Assembly: GCA_050613775.1 (NCBI GenBank)
Contig: JBODTK010000124.1
Coordinates: 124,001-188,000, forward strand
Direction of reading: 5' to 3'
Source: Neocallimastix sp. 'constans'
Lineage: Eukaryota
Length of the DNA stretch: 64,000 nucleotides
The notes under the pieces are model-generated. The model saw nothing but the letters and a program-made list of their open reading frames with translations. It did not search any database and was not told the DNA's origin. Shown here piece after piece: positions 49,184 to 61,752 of this stretch (the first letter of the stretch is position 1; every line of letters begins with the position of its first letter). The translations under genes and the position numbers were made by a program.

Positions 49184-50782
49184 ATGAAATCCTTAACTTT
49201 TATTACCATTTTCATGGCCATGTTAGTGGCTGTTTGTAGTTCTAAAAGTGTAAACTGTCAATGCAGAGGTTTAGAATGCTTATTTGTAAGATTTAGAAAA
49301 GAATGCAGACATCCAGCTCCTGCTGAAAGTGAAATTCCAAGTTACGAAAATGTCTTAAAATTCTTCAAACAAGTTAATGGTGTTCCACGTCCAAGTCAAC
49401 ATGAAGAAAAGATGGGTTATTTCCTTGCCGATTTCGCTAAAAAGCGTGGTCTTAAATATGTTATGGATGGAAAGAATGTCATTATCTACAAAAAAGCCAC
49501 TAAGGGTATGGAAGGAACTCCAATGATTACTTTACAAACTCATCAAGATATGGTTTGTGTTGCTAAGGATGGTTATGAAATTGATTTCTTAGAACAAGGT
49601 ATTGAAAGTTACAATGATGGTACTTACATCAGAAGTAAGGATAATAATACTTCTCTTGGTGCTGATGATGGTATTGGTGTTTCTATTGTTCTTGCCATTC
49701 TTGACAGTAAAACTATCAGTCATGGTCCATTAGAATGTCTTTTCACTTGGGATGAAGAACAAGAATTCAGTGGTGCTATTGCTCTTACTCCAGGAATTCT
49801 TAAAGGTAAATATATGATGAATATTGATTGGGAAACCGATGGTGAACTTTGTATTGGTACAGCTGGTGGTTTAGATGTTGCTGCTACTCTTGCCTACAAC
49901 ATCACTGAAACTCCAAAAGATTTTGCTGCCTACAATCTTTCTGTTTCTGGTTTAACAGGTGGTCACAGTGGTGTTGCTATTGTTAATGGTGGATCTAATG
50001 CTATTAAACTCTTAGGTGATTTCCTTGCTACTATTTCTGATCTTCGTCTTGCTGCTATTGAAGGTGGTTCATTCCCAAATGTCATTTCTATTTCTTCTAA
50101 GGCTACTGTTCTTGTTCCAGAAACTCAAAAAGCTGAATTTGAAACTAAATGGGAAACTTACGTTGCTGAAGTTAAAGCTAAATATGCTACTGCTGATCCA
50201 AACATGGAATTAACTATTGTTGAAACTGAAACTCCAAAGGAAAGTATGACAGAAGTTCAAACTAAAGCAGTCTTTGCTGGTCTTGCTAATGCTGCTCAAG
50301 GTGTTACTGAATGGAGTGAAACTGTTAAAGATATTTTCGAAACTTCTAACAATGTTGGTCCAATCACTATGGAAGATGGTACCTTAAACATTGAATATTT
50401 AGTTCGTGGTTTCAATAATGACAATATTGCTAAATTAGCAGACAATATCATTGAAGGTTTTGAAGGTAGTAAGGTTGGTTTCACCACCAGAAAGTATGGT
50501 GCTTTCTCTCCATGGAGTCCATCATTAGATACTGCTTTAATGAACTATGCTCGTAACATTTACCAAGAACACTTTGGTAAACCAATCAGTCTTCGTAAAG
50601 TTGGAGGTGGACTTGAATTATCTGAATTTGCTGTTGCCTACCCAGATATGCAATTCATTAGTTACGGACCAACCGTTAATGATCCACACACTATTAATGA
50701 AACTGTTGAAGTTAAGACGGTTAAGAGTACCTGGGAATACACAGTTGAATTACTTCGTAATGCTAAGCAACTCAAAAATTAA
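49184..50782 (+). CDS. pepD: Secreted PepD-like M20C metallo-dipeptidase, copy 5, 532 aa, with Cys-rich N-terminal segment
   Basis: Catalytic motifs intact. After the signal peptide it reads KSVNCQCRGLECLFVRFRKECRHPAP. Confidence 0.93.
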   Translation: MKSLTFITIFMAMLVAVCSSKSVNCQCRGLECLFVRFRKECRHPAPAESEIPSYENVLKFFKQVNGVPRPSQHEEKMGYFLADFAKKRGLKYVMDGKNVIIYKKATKGMEGTPMITLQTHQDMVCVAKDGYEIDFLEQGIESYNDGTYIRSKDNNTSLGADDGIGVSIVLAILDSKTISHGPLECLFTWDEEQEFSGAIALTPGILKGKYMMNIDWETDGELCIGTAGGLDVAATLAYNITETPKDFAAYNLSVSGLTGGHSGVAIVNGGSNAIKLLGDFLATISDLRLAAIEGGSFPNVISISSKATVLVPETQKAEFETKWETYVAEVKAKYATADPNMELTIVETETPKESMTEVQTKAVFAGLANAAQGVTEWSETVKDIFETSNNVGPITMEDGTLNIEYLVRGFNNDNIAKLADNIIEGFEGSKVGFTTRKYGAFSPWSPSLDTALMNYARNIYQEHFGKPISLRKVGGGLELSEFAVAYPDMQFISYGPTVNDPHTINETVEVKTVKSTWEYTVELLRNAKQLKN

Positions 50783-51630
50783 AAGAAATAAATAAAAAAA
50801 AAAAAAAAAAAAAAACTAAAATGAGCAATTTAATGTTTTGATTTTTTTTTTTATTTATTTATATATAAAATTATATTATTTATAAAAAAAATTATATAGA
50901 AATTAGAAATATAATAGAAATATATGGGCTAATTATAGACAAGTATATGTAAAATATATGTATACATAAATGCAAATGCTTATAACCATATTTTTTTAAT
51001 AATAATTTATTTATTAATAAGAAAAAATTTAAAAAATAATTATAAAATAGAAAAAACAATAATAATTACAAAAAAATAAAAAAAAATAATTAAAAAAAAA
51101 ATAATTACAAAAAAATAGAAAAAAATAATTAAAAAAAAAATAATTACAAAAAAATAGAAAAAAATAATTAAAAAAAAAATAATTACAATAAAATAGAAAA
51201 AACCAATAATTAAAAAAAAATAAAAATATAAAATAGCAAAATGATTAAAAAATAATAATAATTAGAAAAAATAAAATTAAAAAAAAAAATAAAATTAAAA
51301 AAAAAAATAAAATAAAATTAAAAAAATAAAATAAAATAAAAAATAAAAATAAAAGAATAAAGAATTAATTTATTTTTTTTTTTTTTAATTACATTAGAAA
51401 TTTATTATTAAAAATTTCTTAAAAAAAATAAAAATAATAAAGTTTAAAAATAGAATTAAAAAATATCTTACTTTTTTTTTATTTTTTATTTTATTTTATT
51501 TTATTTTTATTTTTATTTTTTTATTGTTTATATATGGTAAAATTTAATGTTGAAATTAAAATATTTTATTTATTTATTTTTTATTATTTTTATTAAGACT
51601 TTACACTTTTTATTATTATTATTATATAAT

Positions 51631-52118
51631 TTCAAAGATTCATCTGAGTCACCTGTTCCAAAAATTGTGGGCTTGGCGGAATTCTTAACTAGCGTAATAC
51701 CTATGATAAGTAGTTCGTTTGAGCTATTATTTGATAGGTATTGTAAAATACCAAACTTAACCAAGAGTGTCGACGTCGTACTGATAAAGCACAATGATAA
51801 TACAGGATCATCATCCACTTCTACGAAGGGGGAACCTCACCTTGGTAGTTCAATAAATGATGAATCCGGGAAGAGTTTAGTGGACACCACACTATCTATT
51901 TTAAAGATATTACTTCTAGGTTTAATTACTTTTTTATTTGTTAGGAAGGGGAAATTCCCACAGAGTACATCTTGCCGAAATACATAGTATTTCTGAGCTT
52001 TTTTATTTTTTTATTTTTTTACTTTTATTTTTATTTTTAATTTAAATTATACTTTTCACCTACATGCATTTTTTTTATAATAAAATTAATAAATTTATGG
52101 AAGGTATTTTCTTCTCTG

Positions 52119-52163
<45 letters not shown>
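51631..52163 (+). mobile_element. 3'-terminal fragment of a related LINE, followed by a poly-A tract
   Basis: PKIVGLAEFLTSVIPMISSSFELLFDRYCKIPNLTKSV aligns with the LINE C-terminus PFLVVTAALLQSIIPIAIGQQWSLFNRFKSNRTTTTKSV (19727-19843). Poly-A at 52122-52163. Confidence 0.7.
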
Positions 52164-52166
<3 letters not shown>

Positions 52167-52289
52167 ATATAATTTTAGATTATATAATAATTTGCATGAA
52201 ATTTAATTTAGTAGCAAGAGGTATACTAGGTTTTTTATCATATGCCACAAAAATACATAATCTTAATACATAAAATATTTTACTTTAGA

Positions 52290-52920
52290 TCATATAGATC
52301 ATAATAAACTTTATATAATATTTATTATCTTGAACTATAGAGATATGGCAGAAAAATCAATCAAGTCTGAGGCTTATAAGAAAAATCAATTTGAAAAAAC
52401 TAGAGACTACCTAAAGCTCAATTTCTAGTATCCTGAATTTTATCATTGGCTTCCGATGGGTTCTTCGTGCCAGATGTGGATATAAATTCGATGCTTGTGT
52501 GTTTCCAAAGCTATCAAAAATGATTGAAGACGACTATCCAGAAAGGTGTCCTTATTATTATTGAATAAAAAAAGGTAATCCTCGATTAGAACATTAGTTT
52601 ACTAAATACTATCTTTTCTGTGAATTTTGAATGAAATATTTTAAGGATATTGAAATTCTTTATGAAAAATTTTTTTATAATTTCCAAATATTATCCAATA
52701 TCAAATTGGTAATGTAAACACTGTTATCACAGATATGAATAATGTAGAATCAAGTACAGATTATGATAGTAGTAATGAAGTTTATAATATTAATAATAAT
52801 AGCAACAGAAACAATATTGTTAATAATAGTAAAATTAGTAATAGTGAAAATAAATGGTATTGTTTCTAATAATGTAGCGAATAGTTCAATTGGTGAAAAT
52901 TGTGCTAATATAAGAAATTT
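52290..52920 (+). mobile_element. Decayed LINE fragment (pre-zinc-finger region and Asn-rich tract)
   Basis: RDMAEKSIKSEAYKKNQFEKTRDYLKL..YPE, WVLRARCGYKFDA and PERCP match 18955-19170. At DNA level it matches 5225-5350 (GAAAAAACTAGAGACTAC). Confidence 0.75.
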
Positions 52921-53259
52921 TGAATGAAGCATTTTTCAATAAGAAAACTAATATTCTAAACTTTAAGTTTTTTGAATAAAAATATTTTTTAGATATAGAT
53001 AAGATAATTAAATTGATGAAAAGGGGGACAGCACTTGCAACATCAATTTTGGTCAATCCATTTATCATAATAGCTTTGAAATAAAAGAAAACAAGCATAG
53101 TAAAATTAATTCTGAAAATAATACAAATTTAATAGATGAATACAATAATAAAAATATGTTAGATAATAATTCAACAAAAAAAACAATGAAGATAAAATAA
53201 ATGAAGATCATAATTCCAAAAAAAAAAAAAAAAAAAAAAATGATAATAATGAAATTCAG

Positions 53260-54330
53260 AATTATAAAAATCTTTTGAAAACGCTATAAATTCAGAAAAT
53301 GCATAAAAAAAGAAAAGATGAAATACACAAATTACAAAATTTATATGGAAAATAATGTTATGAAAATTGTGGAAAAAAAAATATTCCAAAAGGCATTAAA
53401 CTACTTCTTGTTAAATGAGTTTTTTTACTTTTAAAGATAATGGAATATATAAATCAAGATTGGTTCTCAAAAGCTTTCGCCATATTAAAAGGAACTGATT
53501 ACACCTATATCTATTCTTCTACAAAAGAAATGGATAGTTTTAAACTAATAATTGCTATTGCATCAGTATATAAATGGGATTTATGATAAATCTATATTAA
53601 AGCTGAATATTTGAATGCTAATTTTGATGAGAAAAAGTTTATGTACAAATTCCAATAGGTTATAAAAGCTTCATTTACGGGAAAATTTGGATTATTACAA
53701 AAGGTTCTTTATGGACTCAAACAAGCTAGAAGACAGTAATTTTTACGAAATCTTCGATTTTCTTAAGAAAACTGGCTTAAATTCTATATTTAATAGATAA
53801 TTGTTTATTTGGTAAATATAAAAATAATAAATTATTCTTATTACTAACACTTTATATTTTTATATTGATGATATATTAGTTACAAGAGAGAATAAAAAAT
53901 TTTATCAAAGTTGTTATAAAGATAAAGCATAACTATAAAGTTTCCACCAAATAAAAGAGCATACAAAATCATTGAAATTAATATAATTAAAGCAAGTTAG
54001 AACTTCAAAATTAATCAAAAGGATTGTATTGAAAAAATGTTAACAAACTATAATATAAACAATACTAAAATAGCTAGAACACCATGTATTAATGCAAAAA
54101 CTAAAAGAAAGGGAAAACTCTAAAAAAAAAAAAAATTAACAAAACTGATTATAAAAGATTGATTGGATCCCTATTACATGTATCAGCAAAGACAAGACCA
54201 GATAATTGCATTTGCAGTAAATCAAGCTACAAAAATTTTTCTGAGAATCCAACAGAGGTAGATTTGAATGCATGTATTCAAATATTAAAATACCTTAAAA
54301 GTTCGATGGAATATTCAATCCATTAGATAA
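53260..54330 (+). mobile_element. Ty1/copia reverse transcriptase relic
   Basis: KDNGIYKSRLV, GTDYTYIYS, KVLYGLKQARRQ, YIDDIL, YKRLIGSLLHVSAKTRPD and AFAVNQ, with many stops and frameshifts. Confidence 0.9.
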
Positions 54331-56105
54331 AGAAAATTATATTTTTATTTTATTTTATTTTTTAAATATCACAGTTATGTTTTACCCTTTATTTGATAGT
54401 ACCATGCAGACAGTGTAATATTAAATGTTACCAACAATGTTAGGATATTATAGAAAAATGATTTTAAATAATATGTAATAATATATTCTTAAATAAATAA
54501 ATCTTTCTTAATGTAAAAGCAATAAAACAAAATAAATAAACATATAATAAATATTAAATATCATTTTTGAAATGTTACATTTAACATGTTTAAATTTATT
54601 TAAAAATTTTTTTATATACATAAAAAAATATAAATTTAAATATACATTATAAAAAATATAGAGTAATATATATTGTATATAGTATTTTTTTTTATATGTT
54701 TTTCTTTTTCTTTTTATATCTATATTTTTTTAAAATACTACTAACTTTTAAAAATATTTCATTTTTATAAATTTCAATATAATGATTGTTAAATATATAT
54801 ATATATATAAATATTTTTAAAAAATATGATATATATTTGATTATAAAAAAAATTTTTATATAAATTGAACTTTTAAAATAAAATAAAATAAACCAAAATA
54901 AAAAAAAAATGACATTGCTTAGTTTATTATTTTATCCGTATAAAAATAAACAATATATCGACTTTATTATTAATAATAAAAAAATAAAAAAAAATAAAAT
55001 TAAAAATGTATTAAATATATTAAAAATAAATATTAAAAAAAAAAAATATAGGTAGTAAAAATAATTAAAAAACAATAATTAATACTACAAAAAATATATT
55101 AAAATAATATTTTTATATTAGTCAATTGATAAAAATTTATTAAAACCAAGATTTTTCAATTAAGCACAGAGTTATTTGCATTTTAATAATAAATAGAGTT
55201 CTAGTCTGTAATTTATTATAAAAAAAATTATTTTATATTTCATATTATTAATATTAAAAAATTTTATATTTAATATAATTAATAATTAATTTCAATTTAT
55301 TAAAAAAACTAATAATAAATAAAATAAAATAAAAGGGAAAGTTAATTAATTATATTATCATATAAAAAACTCTTTGATAATAAATTTCATTTATAAAAAG
55401 TACAAAGGGTAATTGGTACTACTATTATATTTTAATTTTTATTTATATATATAAATTAAAAAATATATTTGATTAAAAAATTTAATATTATCATATCATA
55501 TCATAATGATACTTTAATATGATATATAAATGGGTTAAAAAAAAATTAAAAAAAGTTGCACAAATAACTGGTATTAATAAAGTTTACTAATCAAAGCTTT
55601 ATATTATTATTTTTTTACTTCCTTTTTATTAGGAGAACAATGGAGAATACCTTTAAAATTATTTCCTATAACAATAAAAAAAAATATATAAAAAAATAAA
55701 ACTTTAAATAAGAATTTCATTAGATTTATTTATAAAAAAAAAAGCTTTTCTTGTTTTTTTTTTTATAATAAACTAAAGGAAGAAATAAAAATTAAAAATA
55801 AAAGATACAAAGAATTTTTTTCTTTTTACTAATATTCGGTAAAATAAAAATATAAAAAAAAAAAAAAAGTTCAATATATGAATTTCAATAAAAAAAAAAA
55901 AATAAAAAAAAATACATAATCCAAATTAAAAATAATAATAATAAAATAATGTACTTTTTTATTATTTAATGATATAATTAAATTCTATATTATTTTTTCT
56001 AACTTCATTTCATATTAAAATAAAATATTATAAAATTTATTTATATTAATAAAAAATTAATATTCACATTATATATATTATCACTTTTTTTTTTTTTAAT
56101 TACAA

Positions 56106-56138
<33 letters not shown>

Positions 56139-58611
56139 AAAATAAAATGATAATAATGAAATTATTTTATTAAAAATGTCATATTTTAATATTTATTTTA
56201 TGGAATACCCTTTTGAAAATTTTACTGGATGGAAAGTAATATGAACTTCTCTTTATTACATAGTATAAATATTTATTATTCATTAAATTATATAAATATT
56301 AATTCTCAAAATAAAATATATATATATATACATTTTAAAGTATTTTTTTTTTTTTTTGTCTTTTTTGTTAAGGTTTATCATCAATATATTATTGTATTAT
56401 TAGTTTTATATGTTTTATCATATTAAATGATTTATTAATTTATTTATTTATTTACTTGTTGATTTATTAATTTTTTTATTACTTTGTTTTTTATTATTTA
56501 TTTTTTTTTTATTAAATTCTATTATTAATCAATAATTATAAATGTTATTTAAGCATAAATTTTAAAAAAACTTTTTTATTTATTATTTCTGTTTGTGTTT
56601 AAAGGTTTTTAATATTTTTATTTATTTAATAAGCTTTTTTTTTTTTTTTATAAAAAAAATATTTCCTATTTATGCTCTATTAATAGGTTATCTATATATT
56701 ATTATTTTATTGTTGGTGGCTATATAATTAATACATTATTGAACAAATATCAAATACGTGTCAATGTATATTACAATATAGTTATAATATAGTTTAATAC
56801 ACAATTTACACATGTATCTTCTTCTATTATTTTTAGTATAAAAAAAAAAAGGCGATTCCACAGGAACGTTGATTACTCATGATTGGGCAAATACTTTAGA
56901 GAAATTTGAAATTTTTCTTATATATTATATTGAATTACACAAAAAAAATTTTTTTTATATTGTTGAGAAACGAATAATAAAAAAAAGTTAATTTTTTTTA
57001 ACTTAAACCTTATTTTTTTTTTTTTATTTTTCAACAATGTAAAAATACTGAAAAAAAATTAAATAGAAAAAATTTTCTTTCTTTTTTTCTTTCTTTCCTT
57101 CCATTGTTGTTTACTATCGGATATAGTAAAATAAAACAAAAACAATAGTAGAATATTAAATAAAAAAGTATGATTGAGTAAAATAAAATAAATAGTAGAA
57201 ATATAAAGTTACAAATTGAATAAAATAATAATAAAATGAAATAGTAAGGTAGTATAAAATAATAAAGTAAATTAGTAAATTAGTAAATTAAAATTAAAAT
57301 TAAATATTATTTAATTTAAATAATTTAAATGTTAATATTAATGTAATTAAACATAGTATATATTAAAATATACTTAAATTATAATTGAATATAAAAGCAA
57401 ATAAAATTAAAATTAAATTTTGTGATTGAATTTTATAAAATTTAAATTATTATTAATTTTAATTTTTTTCAGAACTTTAATTAATATTAAATAATCAATA
57501 ATATAACAGAAAAATTGATATTAAATAATCATAATTGTTATTATTTATTAAACTTAATTATATGGATTATTAATTTTTTTATAATGTACTAAGTAACATA
57601 AATAAATATAATAAATATATAATATAATAAATATATAATATAATAAATAAATAATATAATAAATAATATAAATATATAATATAATAAATAAATAATAAAT
57701 AATATAATAAATATATAATATAATAAATAAATAATATAATAAATAATATAATAAATATATAATATAATAAATAAAAAAATTAAGTATCTATATATAAATA
57801 ATTTTTTTTATTAACAATAATATTTCAAATTAGGAATTTGATCTAAGATAATTATTTAATTAAAAATGAAAAAAATTTTAAATAAAAATTTTTATATATA
57901 GAATTTGCTTAAAATAAAAAAAAGAAAAAAGAAAAAGATAGTATAACAATTATTACTATTATAATAATTACATGTTAATTGACTTAATAATATTTGTAAA
58001 ATTTAAAATTAACAATTAGCAATAAAAACAAGGCTTTACATAAATCTTATTTATTTTTCTGGATGATATATATAATTATTAAATTCTCAAATTATATTAA
58101 TAGAAAAATAATGAACCCTTGGCAATAAAATCTTTAATTTATAAATTATATAATTAAAAAATTACATTGTTAAAAAGGCAAATACTTTTTTTAAAAAAAA
58201 AAAAAGAAAAAAAATTTTATTAATAAAATGTATTGATACAAATATAATCAATTATTTGTGGATTTTTATTTTTTATTTTATTTTATTTTATACATATATG
58301 TATTATTTTAATATGTTGTTGGTTTTAATTTGTAAAAAAATAAATAAATAAATAAAAAAGAATTATATTGTTAAGCACTTTAAGAATTTTTTAAAAAATA
58401 TATTGATAAAGCGAAATTGTTTGTGGATATATATATTATAAATATAAAAATATGTATATATATATACATATATATATATTAATTTTTTTATTGTTTTATT
58501 TTTAATTTTCTTTTCCTTTTTTTTTTTTTTTTTCTTTTTTTTTTTTTTTTATTAATATTATTATTTCATTTTATTTAAGTAAATATTTAAAATTTAATTT
58601 TTAAATAGTTC

Positions 58612-58688
58612 GGATTAAATGTCTCAATTTGCCTTTTTATATTTTAAATATATATAAATTTTATAAGCCAAATTGAGACATTTAATCC
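58612..58688. repeat. Perfect 20-bp inverted repeat (hairpin) in the duplicated upstream region of the peptidase genes
   Basis: GGATTAAATGTCTCAATTTG (58612-58631) pairs with CAAATTGAGACATTTAATCC (58669-58688). A 12-bp version lies at 23239-23250/23288-23299. Confidence 0.85.
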
Positions 58689-58784
58689 AAATTATTTTTA
58701 CAAAAAATGAACTAAACTAAAATAGAATAAAATAAACAATAAAAAAATATAAATAATAAATAATAATAAATAATAATAATAATA

Positions 58785-59000
58785 AATAAATAAATAAATT
58801 ATAACAATAATAAATAAATAAATAAATAAATAATAACAATAATAAATAAATAAATAAATAAATAATAACAATAATAAATAAATAAATAAATAAATAATAA
58901 CAATAATAAATAAATAAATAAATAAATAATAACAATAATAAATAAATAAATAAATAATAACAATAATAAATAAATAAATAAATAATAACAATAATAAATA
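58785..59000. repeat. Compound (AAAT)n-AATAAC tandem repeat
   Basis: Units of ~25-29 nt, ATAACAATAATAAATAAATAAATA..., repeated about seven times. Confidence 0.85.
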
Positions 59001-61752
59001 ATTATAATAATTAAAATAATAATAATAATGATTAAACTAATAATAATTAAAATGAATAAGTTTGTTTCATGTTATCTAAATTAAAAAAGAAAAAAAATTC
59101 AATTTTATTTCTTTAAGTTGAAATAGAAAAATTACTAAAAGTTAGAAAGTAGTTAAAAAAAAGTGTAGTACATATATAATATAGATACATAGGAAGCTAA
59201 ATAATTATCCTTAAAAAAATATTTACCATAATATTATTACTACATCATATATGTATTAATAAATTATTAACATCTTTATTTAAAAAAAAATATATATATT
59301 TTAAGAAAAAATAATGCTAATTTTTTATTTATTTATTTATATAATTCTTTAGTAAAATTAAACAAAAATAAAAAAAAAAATACTTAAAATTTTTATTAAT
59401 ATTACTATTTAAGCAATGAATTAAAGCCTCTATTCTTTTTTTTTTTTTTTTTATTGTATTTTATTTTATTTAAAATTTTCCAATATAATAAATTAAATAA
59501 ATAAATTAATAAATAGATATTTATTTTTATTTTTATTTTTATTGAACTTTTATGGATTTATTTAATATAACAAAAAATTAAAATTATTATTGAACTAATA
59601 TGAGTAATATTTAAAAAAAAATATTAAAAAAAAAATAAAAAAAAAAAATAAAAATAAAAATAAAATAAAATAAAATAAAATAAAATAAAATAAAAAAGAA
59701 TAGAATAAAATAACAATAAATATAAAAAAAGATTTATATAAAATATAAATATTTAAGTTGTACATAACCTATTTAAATTTCAATATATTTATTTTTAATA
59801 ATTAAATTTGGATAGATAAAAACATTTTTTTTTTCATCAAAAATAGGATTTTTTTAATGAGAAAAAATTTTATTTAATATTAAAAATCAAAGTTGTGTTT
59901 AAAAAGATAAAATAACTAAATAAATTAATAAATACATTAATAAATAAATATTTTTTTTTTGTACAATTTATATTGTTATTAATATATTAATTATATTTAG
60001 TTTTAATACTTTTATTAAATTATTTGAAAAATAATTCACATATAAGTGAAAATATAGGAATATTTTGAAACATGATAATATCAAAGGTTTTTTTACACCT
60101 TTTTTTTTTTAATTTTTTTTTCTTTTTTTTGTTAGTTACTTTAATTATTTTTTTTAATTTATTCTTATATATTTAATTATGATCAACAGTATCTATATGT
60201 AGTATGTTACTAACATATTAGCATTATAACTATTCTAACTATCTATGTATTTTACAATATGTTAAATGAACAAGTATAAGATAATATCCAGTTACAATAT
60301 ATATAAAATAATAATAACCAGTTATATTTTTGTCAAAGGTGAATAAAAAAAATTATTTTTTATTTTATTAATAATAAAATTTTATGTAATTGATTTCTCC
60401 TAACATGTATATTAAAAATTTTATCTATTTATATATAGTAATAATATTTATATTAATTAAAGTTTGAATATATATTTTTTTATCATATATAATGAAAATT
60501 ATATATATTTTCTTTCATTTCTATTTTTTTTTATCTTTTTTATATTTATTATTTATTATTAATTATTGAATATAAATAATTATGATTATTATAATTATTT
60601 ATTTATTACTATTACTTCAATACAATTATTACAATATATTATTCCAATAATAAAAAAAAAAAAAAAAAGAAATAAAGAAATTAAATATTATTATTTTTTT
60701 TTATTATATTGTTAAAATTTAAATGTAAAAGTTTTTAAAAAAAAATTTTTTAATTAAAAAAAGAATTATTAATTAAAAAAGAAGAAACATGTAATAATCA
60801 AATTTCATCGAAGCTAAAAAAAACATTAGTCAAACAATTAAATAAAAGAACTCTATTATTTAATTTATGATAAATATTAAATTAATTGGAATTTTATATA
60901 TACTATATTTATTATATTTATATATTTTTATACATAATTAATATTTATTATTTATTTAATATTTTTTATATATTTAATATTGATTTTATTTATTATTTTA
61001 ATAAAAAAAAAAAAATAGGGGATGAGAAAAAAAAATTTTTTTTTTCTTATTAATTAAACTTAATTAAAAATATTTTTTTTGGCATCTTTATTACAAAAAA
61101 CCTTATTTTAGTATACGAGCTACATAAAATAATTTTTATTTAATATAATAAAATATTAAATTTTTATTAAATTTTTATGCTACCTTTTAATCCAAAAAAT
61201 TATTTTTTAAAAATAATAAAATACAAATTTATCATTCCACATTCTACAATTTATTAATTTATTAGTGTATAATAATTATCAAAAACGGCTTTTATTTATT
61301 TATTTCTATTTTAAGATTTTTTCATTTCTCATTTTCTATAATAGAAAAAAAAAAAATTTTTTTTAATATAATTATTAATACTAATTATTACATATATAAA
61401 ACCACAAAACTTTATATCACAATAACCATTGTAATTATATTAATTAAATTTTAATTAAAAAAATTAATCATATAGAACAATATATCATAATATATTGAAT
61501 ATTAAATCTGATTTTTCTTTTTTATTTTATTTTTTTGGATTTTTTGAAAACTATATAAATATGGAGATCTGTCCTACTTCTTCATTTTAATAATACCAAT
61601 AATATTTTTATAATTAAATTAGAATATTATATTTTAATTAATTATATAAATAAATAAAAAAAAAAATAAAAAAAAAAAATAAAAATAAAAAAAAATAATA
61701 AAAAATAAAAATATATATATATATATAGAAAAAATATAAATTTATATCAATA

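Noticed and set aside
51060..51215. Regularly spaced ~40-bp repeats (also 57600-57775 and 4090-4430) as a CRISPR-like array
   Set aside because: No unique spacers, low complexity, eukaryotic context and no cas genes. They are minisatellites.
56700..56910. Slightly GC-richer patch GGCGATTCCACAGGAACGTTGATTACTCATGATTGGGC
   Set aside because: Too short, with no ORF, repeat partner or recognisable RNA motif.
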